Part shown: piece after piece, positions 27,383-35,209 of the stretch
How the letters are laid out: every line of letters starts with the position of its first letter
Position numbering within the stretch: the first letter of the stretch is position 1
DNA from: Alphaproteobacteria bacterium
Lineage (GTDB): Bacteria; Pseudomonadota; Alphaproteobacteria; RF32; CAG-239
Reading direction: 5' to 3'
Length of the DNA: 64,000 nt
Assembly (NCBI GenBank): GCA_045577985.1
Contig: JAZNJJ010000023.1
Location: forward strand, 1,986-65,985
Position numbers and translations under genes: made by a program
The notes under the pieces: generated by a model
What the model was told of the DNA's origin: nothing
What the model saw: only the letters and a program-made list of their open reading frames with translations
Database searches by the model: none

Positions 27383-28006
27383 ATGATGAATCATACTAAT
27401 CAATCCGGCAGATCTATGATTGAAATGCTCGGAGTTTTAGCGATTATCGGCGTATTGTCCGTTGGTGGAATCGCCGGTTATTCAAAAGCAATGATGAAGT
27501 TTAAAATTAATAAATCTATTGATCAAATTTCACAAATTGTGGCAAATACTCGTACACTTTATGCCAGACAGAAGAACTATGCTAACATTAGTAATAAAAT
27601 TATGTATAAAGCTAATTTAGCACCAAGAGAAATGTTTGAAGATGGTTCAGGTAGCTATTATGCAACCAATGCTTTTGGTGGTGGAGTAGAAATTTTCCCA
27701 ATTGGTTCAAAATTTTATGCTGAAAATGAAACAAATAAAGGATTTACCGTTGGATATTACGGACTTCCCGATGAAGCGTGTATTGAACTTGCAACACAAG
27801 ATTGGGGAAGTGATACATCTTCTGGTCTGTTAAGCGTTGGTATTAATACCGGTTCTGCTTGGGTAGGATGTCAAGGAGAGAATTATGGCAATCCACTAGC
27901 TTGCCCTGGTGGTTCAAATATATCTATTCCAATGCCTGTTGATATAGCGGTTGATGCATGTGATTGTGGGTATTCCGGATGTGATTTATATTTTTCTTAC
28001 AGGTAA
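27383..28006 (+). CDS. Type IV pilin-like protein (prepilin-type N-terminus), paralogue 1
   Basis: MMNHTNQSG|RSMIEMLGVLAIIGVLSVGGIAGYSKAM.. has a short polar leader ending in Gly, Glu at +5, and a hydrophobic helix of about 20 aa. The C-terminal part is Cys-rich (6 Cys). AGGAGA RBS. Confidence 0.7.
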   Translation: MMNHTNQSGRSMIEMLGVLAIIGVLSVGGIAGYSKAMMKFKINKSIDQISQIVANTRTLYARQKNYANISNKIMYKANLAPREMFEDGSGSYYATNAFGGGVEIFPIGSKFYAENETNKGFTVGYYGLPDEACIELATQDWGSDTSSGLLSVGINTGSAWVGCQGENYGNPLACPGGSNISIPMPVDIAVDACDCGYSGCDLYFSYR

Positions 28007-28013
28007 TATTTTC

Positions 28014-28041
28014 AAGCCCCTCATTAAGGGGCTTAATTTTT
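28014..28041. terminator. Terminator between the pilin-like gene and the convergent ruvC
   Basis: aagcccct-catta-aggggctt followed by a T run. Confidence 0.7.
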
Positions 28042-28516
28042 AGCGGATTGATGAGCGATAATGACTATGGGTTACTGCAATTGCCAAGGCATCAGAGGAA
28101 TCATTATTTTTGGGCCTACAACCGGGAAGCAATATCTTAACCATTGTTTCAACTTGTGTTTTTTCAGCTCTTCCTACCCCTACAAGCGCTTTTTTTACTT
28201 TTGTCGGTTCATATTCAAATAACGGAATATTGTTGTACCCAGAAGCTAAAACAACCACTCCCCTAGCCATGCTAAGTTTTAATGATGTTTCAGGATTAGA
28301 GTTCAAAAATGTTTTTTCAATAGAGGCTTCTTGCGGTTTATATGTTTCAATAACTTCGCATAAAGTCCTAAAAATTATGTTTAACCTCTCCTCTATTGGA
28401 AGCTTGGGATTAGTTGGAATAAAACCGTCCGCAATATATTGCAGACGGTTTGCATTTATTTCGATTATTCCCCAGCCGGTTGAAGATAAGCTTGGATCTA
28501 AGCCTAAAATACGCAT
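28040..28516 (-). CDS. ruvC: Holliday junction resolvase RuvC
   Basis: MRILGLDPSLSSTGWGIIE.., full-length RuvC similarity, and a C-terminal SSDALAIAVTH. Confidence 0.95.
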   Translation of the reverse strand: MRILGLDPSLSSTGWGIIEINANRLQYIADGFIPTNPKLPIEERLNIIFRTLCEVIETYKPQEASIEKTFLNSNPETSLKLSMARGVVVLASGYNNIPLFEYEPTKVKKALVGVGRAEKTQVETMVKILLPGCRPKNNDSSDALAIAVTHSHYRSSIR

Positions 28517-28519
28517 ATC

Positions 28520-29278
28520 TTATTCTTCACCTGCCAACTGAGCCATTACATCATCTGATATTTCGGCATTATGATATACATGTTGAACATCTTCATCATC
28601 TTCAAGAGCATCAATAAACTCTAAGAACTTTTTCGCTGTTTCAACATCTGTAATATCAACCTTTACTGTTGGTTTCCAATCTAGACGAGATGCAGATGGT
28701 GTACCATATTTGCTTTCTAATGCAGAAGTTACAGCTGATAAATCATCAGGTAATGTCTCAATTTCGTGATTTTCATCATCAGAAATAACATCATTTGCAC
28801 CAGCTTCTAGTGCAGATTCAAACATCTCATCTGTTCCTGCTACAGATAATGGATATTGAATGAAACCAATACGCTCAAAATTGAACACTACAGAACCACT
28901 CTCACCCATTGCTCCACCACGTTTTCCAAATATTGTACGAACATTTCCGGCTGTGCGATTTTTGTTATCTGTCAATGCTTCAACAATTACGGCAACTTTG
29001 TTTGATGAAAAACCTTCATATCGCATACTAACAAAATCAGAACCGCCGGCAACAGTTGTTGCCTTAGCAATAGCTCGTTCTATATTATCTTTTGGCATAC
29101 TTTCAGCACGAGCAGCTTGGATTGCTAAACGTAGACGAGGATTTTTGTCTGGCTCAGGCAAACCACTTTTAGCTGCAACCGTAATTTCACGAGCAAGCTT
29201 TGCAAACACGCGTGCCTTTTTAGCGTCTTGCGCACCTTTTCTATACATAATATTTTTAAACTGCGAATGTCCTGCCAT
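28520..29278 (-). CDS. yebC: YebC/PmpR-family transcriptional regulator
   Basis: MAGHSQFKNIMYRKGAQDAKKARVFAKLAREI.. is the canonical YebC N-terminus. The gene is upstream of ruvC, as in many bacteria. Confidence 0.93.
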   Translation of the reverse strand: MAGHSQFKNIMYRKGAQDAKKARVFAKLAREITVAAKSGLPEPDKNPRLRLAIQAARAESMPKDNIERAIAKATTVAGGSDFVSMRYEGFSSNKVAVIVEALTDNKNRTAGNVRTIFGKRGGAMGESGSVVFNFERIGFIQYPLSVAGTDEMFESALEAGANDVISDDENHEIETLPDDLSAVTSALESKYGTPSASRLDWKPTVKVDITDVETAKKFLEFIDALEDDEDVQHVYHNAEISDDVMAQLAGEE

Positions 29279-29364
29279 TTTAATCTCCTAAAAACAGTAT
29301 ATTTATGGGCTTTTTATAGCCTAATATCATAAATTTGCAAGTTTTTTTTAGAAAAAATCACAAA

Positions 29365-30234
29365 TTATTGGTTGTCATCAGCTAACTCAACCTTTGTGAG
29401 CATAAACTCAGGAGTACGACGGCCAAAAGTTCTGTATTTTTTCATTAAGCTCAATGCTTCTGAATCCTTATTATTTTCACGAGTTTTTTGATTCTTTCGT
29501 GTTTGGCGTTCCGATTTTTTATCAGACTTCTTATCCTCAACAACGGGGGCTCTATCTTTAAGTTCTTCAATTATTGTTTTTAGCTCAACCTCTTCTGATA
29601 ATTTTTCTTCTGAGTGAATTGCCTCTTCTTCTTTATTCTTATCAACTTTTATCTCTTCAGGTGTTTGCAAAATTTTATTTAATATATCTTGCGTTTCTTT
29701 TGAACGACGATTTGTAAAAATGATGTTTTGTTTTTCTGAAGGGAGATATTCTAATATTGTTTCAAGAGACTTTAACTGATGATATTTTTTGATTAAATTA
29801 ATATCATCTATTACTAAAATATTTATTTTAGATAAATCAACCTTTTCTTCTTTTATTAAATCTAATAACAAATTCGGTGATGCTATTATTACGTTAGCTT
29901 CTTGATCTATTTCCTCTTCCGAATCGGTTAAAGTTGTTTCGGTAATTTCGTGATACTTATTGAAAACAGCAAAGCTATCGGATACAACTACAGAATGCTT
30001 TGATCCTGATGTTACAATCAATATGTTTTGAGCTTCTTTTCGAGAAATTATATCTATTAGCGGAAAAACATATGAACAGGTTTTGCCACAACGAGATGGA
30101 GCTATTGTAAATACATCTTTGCCTGCCAATATTGAGGGAATAACATCTGCCTGAACAGTAGTTGGTGAGGTTATTCCTGCCTCATTTATTGCTTTGATTG
30201 TTTTTTCACTTAATCCTAATTGAGAAAAATCCAT
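29365..30234 (-). CDS. DEAD-box helicase-like protein with domain 1 only and degenerate motifs
   Basis: The Q-motif region (FSQLGLSEKTIKAINEAGITSPTTVQ) and motif I (APSRCGKT) are present. DEAD is replaced by VIDDIN and SAT by FTN. There is no RecA-like domain 2, and the C-terminal tail is K/E-rich. Confidence 0.65.
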   Translation of the reverse strand: MDFSQLGLSEKTIKAINEAGITSPTTVQADVIPSILAGKDVFTIAPSRCGKTCSYVFPLIDIISRKEAQNILIVTSGSKHSVVVSDSFAVFNKYHEITETTLTDSEEEIDQEANVIIASPNLLLDLIKEEKVDLSKINILVIDDINLIKKYHQLKSLETILEYLPSEKQNIIFTNRRSKETQDILNKILQTPEEIKVDKNKEEEAIHSEEKLSEEVELKTIIEELKDRAPVVEDKKSDKKSERQTRKNQKTRENNKDSEALSLMKKYRTFGRRTPEFMLTKVELADDNQ

Positions 30235-30248
30235 TTTAACCTCTTTAA

Positions 30249-32114
30249 TTAAACTTCTGGTACAGAAACTTTTGTTTGCTTTTCAGGAGCTACGGGAGAT
30301 TGTTCTGCCCTACTGATTGTTTTTCCGGCTAAAACATCCTTAATTTCATCTCCACTGAGTGTTTCATACTCCATTAAAGCTTGTGCCAATGTTTCTAAAT
30401 CTTTATCATTATCCTTTAAGATACGTTCAGCTTCATCGTGTGCTTCTATTACAAGTCGCTTGATTTCAGCATCAACTAAACGAGCGGTATCTTCACTCAT
30501 ATTTTTATTTTGCGTAACAGCTCGTCCTAAAAATACTTCATTCGAATTTTCAGCATATAGAACAGGACCCAACAAATCACTCATTCCCCACTCTGTTACC
30601 ATTGAACGAGCTAAATTTGTGGCTGCAGCAATATCAGAAGATGCACCAGATGTAACTTTATCATAACCGAATTTAAGTTCTTCACTAACTCGTCCACCCA
30701 TGCATATTACTAAACGAGAAAGCATTTTTGCTCGTGTATATGAATATTGATCTTTTTCTGGCAACTGTTGAACCATTCCCAATGCACGACCACGTGGAAT
30801 AATAGTCGCTTTATGGATAGGGTCTGTTTCTTTTACATGTAATGAACAAATTGCGTGTCCTGCTTCATGATAAGCAGTGAGTTTTTTCTCTTGTTCATCC
30901 ATCGCCATTGACTTACGCTCATTACCCATAAGGACTTTATCTTTAGCATTATCAAAATCTTCAGCAGTTACTTTACGCTTGTTACGACGTGCAGCTAATA
31001 ATGCGGCTTCGTTAACTAAGTTTGCCAAATCTGCCCCAGAAAATCCCGGAGTACCTCTTGCAACAACCGATAAATTAACATCTTTAGCTAAAGGAACTTT
31101 GCGTACATGAACTTTTAATATTTCTTCACGACCTTTAACATCCGGGTTTGTTACAGTAACTTGCCTATCAAATCTACCAGGACGAAGTAATGCCGGATCT
31201 AAAACATCAGGACGATTGGTTGCTGCAATTAATATTACATTTTCGTTTGCTTCAAAACCATCCATTTCAACGAGTAATTGATTGAGTGTCTGCTCACGTT
31301 CATCATTTCCACCGCCTAATCCTGCTCCACGATGGCGACCTACAGCATCTATTTCATCAATAAATAACAAGCATGGTGCATTCTTTTTGGCTTGAGCAAA
31401 CATATCTCTTACACGAGATGCGCCAACACCAACAAACATTTCAACAAAATCAGATCCGGATATTGAGAAAAACGGAACATTTGCTTCTCCGGCAACAGCT
31501 TTTGCCAATAAAGTTTTTCCAGTTCCTGGAGGTCCTACTAATAAAACGCCTTTAGGAATTTTGCCACCTAAACGCTGAAACTTTATAGGATCTTTTAAAA
31601 AGTCTATAATTTCTTCCAATTCTTGCTTTGATTCATCTGCTCCGGCAACATCCTTAAATGTTACTTTTTTAGTATTTTCAATTAGTCTAGCTCTTGATTT
31701 TCCAAAGCTTAGAGCCTTATTATTTCCTGAACTGGCTTGTCGCATAAAGAAAATCCATACACCAACCAACAATATCATAGGGAACCAAGAAATTACTATA
31801 CCCCAAAATGTATCTCCGGAAGTATCTTGTGGACGAGCCTCCACTTTTACACCGTTTTCAAGCAAGGTATCCACGGTAGACGGACTATATGGAGCGTACG
31901 TTACAAATTTTCGACCATCGTTAGATTGACCGTAAATTTCTGCACCGGTAATCATTACACTAGCTATACGTTTTTCTTTTGCTTCATTCATAAAGTCAGA
32001 GAAAGCTACTTTTTCATAACCACCTGCAAAATTTTTGCCTTCAATCCCACTCATAACCAAAGAAAGAACAACAAAAATTACTAACCATATAATCGCACTT
32101 TTACCGAATTTCAT
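30249..32114 (-). CDS. ftsH: ATP-dependent zinc metalloprotease FtsH
   Basis: [18 protein letters not shown], the SRH region, and HEAGHA, with full-length similarity. Confidence 0.97.
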   Translation of the reverse strand: MKFGKSAIIWLVIFVVLSLVMSGIEGKNFAGGYEKVAFSDFMNEAKEKRIASVMITGAEIYGQSNDGRKFVTYAPYSPSTVDTLLENGVKVEARPQDTSGDTFWGIVISWFPMILLVGVWIFFMRQASSGNNKALSFGKSRARLIENTKKVTFKDVAGADESKQELEEIIDFLKDPIKFQRLGGKIPKGVLLVGPPGTGKTLLAKAVAGEANVPFFSISGSDFVEMFVGVGASRVRDMFAQAKKNAPCLLFIDEIDAVGRHRGAGLGGGNDEREQTLNQLLVEMDGFEANENVILIAATNRPDVLDPALLRPGRFDRQVTVTNPDVKGREEILKVHVRKVPLAKDVNLSVVARGTPGFSGADLANLVNEAALLAARRNKRKVTAEDFDNAKDKVLMGNERKSMAMDEQEKKLTAYHEAGHAICSLHVKETDPIHKATIIPRGRALGMVQQLPEKDQYSYTRAKMLSRLVICMGGRVSEELKFGYDKVTSGASSDIAAATNLARSMVTEWGMSDLLGPVLYAENSNEVFLGRAVTQNKNMSEDTARLVDAEIKRLVIEAHDEAERILKDNDKDLETLAQALMEYETLSGDEIKDVLAGKTISRAEQSPVAPEKQTKVSVPEV

Positions 32115-32188
32115 TTATATTCCTCATACTTTGTTACATTGTTTTATATATAGGTGTTTAAATGTTAAAACACAAGTGTTTTTGCAAA

Positions 32189-33121
32189 TTAATCACTAAG
32201 AGAATTTCGACTTTTAAAGATACCGTTTTCATAACCTTGAATAGAACGATTTGTTTCCGCCATTTCTAAGCGTTTCATTGTTAGAGCGACATATTTACGT
32301 TCACGCTCAATTCCTAAATATTTACGGGATAATTTTTTAGCAACAACTGCCGTTGTTCCGGAACCAACGAACGGATCAAAAACAACATCACCTTCATTAC
32401 TTGAAGCTAATATTAATTTAGCAATTAATTTCTCAGGCTTTTGTGTCGGATGCTCAGTATTTTCTTCCATTGACCAAAATGGTATTGTGATATCAGTCCA
32501 TATATTTGAAGGTGCGGTAAGACGAATTTTTTGACCGTTTTCTTCTATCCAATCTTTGGGTTGACCTTTATTATCACGATATGGGGCCAATACGTTACGT
32601 TGAACTTTAACAGCATCTAAATTAAATGTATATTCAGATGATTTTGTAAAATACCATATATCCTCTAAGCAATTTTTCCAATTATTGCTGGCGGCACGGC
32701 CTTTTTCTCGTTCCCAAGAAATACGATTTTGCAAAACGAAGTATTTGCTTGCAACCAAAGGTATTATTATCGAACTTTTCCAGTCTGAACAAATATATAT
32801 ACCGGCGTTAGGTTTTAAAATTCGTACAACTTTTGACAGCCATTTATCTAACCACTTTTTATATTCTGAAAAATCCATTTGTTTAAATGTCGTTTTGCCG
32901 AAATTCTTAGTTAAATTATATGGCGGATCAACAACCATTAAGTCAACAAAATTATCCGGAATATAACGAAGAGCATTAAATGTATCTTGCCATATAATAC
33001 AGTTATTAAAATCAACATCATGTTTTTGAGGAGATAATTTTATTGCCTTTTTGGCATACGAAACCTCTTCTCTTAATGAAAGAACAATTGTTTTATTGCG
33101 AGGGGCTTTCTTTTTATTCAC
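32189..33121 (-). CDS. Orphan beta-class DNA methyltransferase (N6-adenine or N4-cytosine)
   Basis: Motif IV (VVDPPYNL) lies N-terminal to HPTQKPEKL and motif I (FDPFVGSGTTAVVAKKLSRKYLGIE). No restriction endonuclease gene is adjacent. The start overlaps the stop of the HPr-like gene by 4 nt. Confidence 0.85.
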   Translation of the reverse strand: MNKKKAPRNKTIVLSLREEVSYAKKAIKLSPQKHDVDFNNCIIWQDTFNALRYIPDNFVDLMVVDPPYNLTKNFGKTTFKQMDFSEYKKWLDKWLSKVVRILKPNAGIYICSDWKSSIIIPLVASKYFVLQNRISWEREKGRAASNNWKNCLEDIWYFTKSSEYTFNLDAVKVQRNVLAPYRDNKGQPKDWIEENGQKIRLTAPSNIWTDITIPFWSMEENTEHPTQKPEKLIAKLILASSNEGDVVFDPFVGSGTTAVVAKKLSRKYLGIERERKYVALTMKRLEMAETNRSIQGYENGIFKSRNSLSD

Positions 33122-33396
33122 TGTTCTTCACCAAAGCGATTGATTATTAAATTTGTTAACTCATCTATTGCCTTTTGTGCTTGGTTTCCACTGGCTTTTA
33201 CTCTTATTTTTGTGCCTTTTGATGCAGATAACATCATTAAGCTTAAAATAGAACAACCATCAACTTCTTGTCCGTCCTTTTCAACACAAACATCGGCATC
33301 AACTTCAGATATACATTTTACAAAAGCTGCAGCAGCACGCGCGTGTAAACCCTTTTGATTTTGAATTTCAAGTTCAACAACTATAGTCTCGCTCAT
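33118..33396 (-). CDS. ptsH: HPr-family phosphocarrier protein (NPr-like)
   Basis: 92 aa. It has KGLHARAAAAFV (active-site His) and GCSILSLMML (the regulatory Ser region). Confidence 0.85.
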   Translation of the reverse strand: MSETIVVELEIQNQKGLHARAAAAFVKCISEVDADVCVEKDGQEVDGCSILSLMMLSASKGTKIRVKASGNQAQKAIDELTNLIINRFGEEQ

Positions 33397-33800
33397 TTAG
33401 ATGTCCCATTTAATAATTGAGATGCAATATTAATATGTTTCTTCCCCGCCTCTTGTGCACATAAAACACACTCAGCCAAAGGCATATCTTTACGAGCGCT
33501 GGAAAGCTTAATTATCATTGGTAAATTAACGCCAGCTATTACATCAAAATTTCCATGTCCAATAACTGACATAGCCAAATTTGAAGGAGTTCCGCCAAAC
33601 ATATCCGTAAGCAAAAGAACACCCTTGCCAGAATCTACTGATTTTGCCTTATTGAGTATTTCTAAACGGCGTTCATCCATATCATCATTAGGACCGATAC
33701 AAACACACTCTACTTGCTCTTGTTTACCAACAACGTGCTCCATTGCTGAAATAAACTCTGATGCTAAATTACCATGGGTTACAAAAACCAAACCAATCAT
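33393..33800 (-). CDS. PTS EIIA component of the mannose/fructose family (regulatory PTS)
   Basis: MIGLVFVTHGNLASEF has the active-site His near the N-terminus. I moved the start to the ATG at 33800, which forms an ATGA overlap with the upstream ORF stop. Confidence 0.8.
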   Translation of the reverse strand: MIGLVFVTHGNLASEFISAMEHVVGKQEQVECVCIGPNDDMDERRLEILNKAKSVDSGKGVLLLTDMFGGTPSNLAMSVIGHGNFDVIAGVNLPMIIKLSSARKDMPLAECVLCAQEAGKKHINIASQLLNGTSK

Positions 33801-34216
33801 TTTACTATACCACCTGTCCAAACTTTTATCGCACCGAATGACTTAAGAACATCTTCCTTGCTTTTAGCTTTCAATAATTCATCTGCACGTGTACGTCGTC
33901 CAACAAATTCGATATCTTCAACGTTTTCAACAGGCACACCGTATACACGTTCAACAACGTCAGCTTTCAACTCAACGATCATAACGAACTCGGCTTCAGC
34001 TAAAACACCCTTTGTTTCAGAATCTATATTATCTAAAATAATAGCCCGACGTTCATCTCGTTTTAATAAAGCTGTTTTTTTACCGTCAAATTCAAGTACA
34101 GGTTCAACAGGTGTACCATCACGAGAATCGATAAAAATAGCTAATTCACCATATTTATTTTCAATAATTTCAAAAAAATCTTGTTTTTCCATCAATGTGT
34201 AGTATTGGTTTTCCAT
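33797..34216 (-). CDS. Hypothetical protein of 139 aa, translationally coupled to the EIIA gene
   Basis: It is an intact ORF with an ATGA stop/start overlap onto the EIIA gene. I recognise no motif, and there is no P-loop, so it is not HprK. Confidence 0.6.
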   Translation of the reverse strand: MENQYYTLMEKQDFFEIIENKYGELAIFIDSRDGTPVEPVLEFDGKKTALLKRDERRAIILDNIDSETKGVLAEAEFVMIVELKADVVERVYGVPVENVEDIEFVGRRTRADELLKAKSKEDVLKSFGAIKVWTGGIVK

Positions 34217-34293
34217 TATTTTTCCCCAATAAGTTATAATTTTTTTTATGATATTATACTTTTTATTAAATGTAAATCGTAACTTTAATATTG

Positions 34294-35157
34294 TTAGCGT
34301 ACTTTATCATTTTTGCGTAAAGATTCTTTTAACAACTCTTTCATTTCTTGTGAATATGAGCGTTTTGTTTTAGATGCAGTATTGCTATCATAACTATTTT
34401 TCATTTTTATTTCTGATAAACGTGCTGTTTGTCCGGATTTGCGAAGTATCAATTCGGCTGTTTCATTTTGCGACATCTTCTTTTTACCGACAATCTTTAC
34501 ATCATCAAGATTTAATTGTTTAACTTTGCGGTTTCCTGTTGTTTCTTTGACTCTTTTTACACCTTCAACAACCTTACCAACGCTATGTTTTTTTATATCT
34601 CCTCGTATTCCCATTTTTTTTGCAATATTTTTTTCTAAAGATAATAACTTTGTGCGACGAGGATTATATATGGCATCTTGCATTTGATTTGCAAATTCTC
34701 CTGCGCTCATTTTGCTTATTCCAGCTTTGCGAGATAATGTGTTGGCTTGTAATAATGCATTTAAACGACCTGCATTTTGTTCATGACGAGTTATTTCAAT
34801 ATTGGTATTTTGATCAATCAATCGTCTCTCATTTGGAGATAAAGCTGAAAGCAATGTATTATCTCCATTAGAAGCATCTGTTAAATTTATTTGCAGATCT
34901 CGAAGAGCTTGTAAAATGTCTTCATCAACACCATCCTCCTCTTCTTCATCATAAGAACTACGAACCTTTTTACGTAAATTCTTTAAATTTTGAGGAAGTG
35001 TTTTTTTGGTGGTCTTACTTTTTTGTGCTTGATATTTAAGTGCTTCATGAACATTTATTTTTAAAGTCAAACGTTCTGCGGTTTCAAAACTCTTTTTGTT
35101 CCAGTCCAGATTAGATTTCTTTTCGGTACTCTGATCTTCTTCGTCTTCTATTATCAT
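34294..35157 (-). CDS. Hypothetical K/E-rich protein of 287 aa
   Basis: Intact ORF on the same strand between the PAS protein and the PTS genes. The composition is highly charged and no family is recognised. Confidence 0.55.
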   Translation of the reverse strand: MIIEDEEDQSTEKKSNLDWNKKSFETAERLTLKINVHEALKYQAQKSKTTKKTLPQNLKNLRKKVRSSYDEEEEDGVDEDILQALRDLQINLTDASNGDNTLLSALSPNERRLIDQNTNIEITRHEQNAGRLNALLQANTLSRKAGISKMSAGEFANQMQDAIYNPRRTKLLSLEKNIAKKMGIRGDIKKHSVGKVVEGVKRVKETTGNRKVKQLNLDDVKIVGKKKMSQNETAELILRKSGQTARLSEIKMKNSYDSNTASKTKRSYSQEMKELLKESLRKNDKVR

Positions 35158-35209
35158 TCTAACCTACCTTGTATCTTTATTTTAATACATTTAAAGACAA
35201 ATTACAACC

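Noticed and set aside
32189-33121. The methyltransferase might be the cell-cycle enzyme CcrM.
   Set aside because: The class and motif order fit. As far as I recall, however, the central region lacks the CcrM/HinfI-type block (..NPMPNF..), and at 310 aa the protein is shorter than CcrM. I therefore call it only an orphan beta-class methyltransferase.
33797-34216. The 139-aa ORF upstream of the EIIA gene might be a short alphaproteobacterial HprK.
   Set aside because: It has no Walker A / P-loop (GxSGxGKS) and no other HprK signature.
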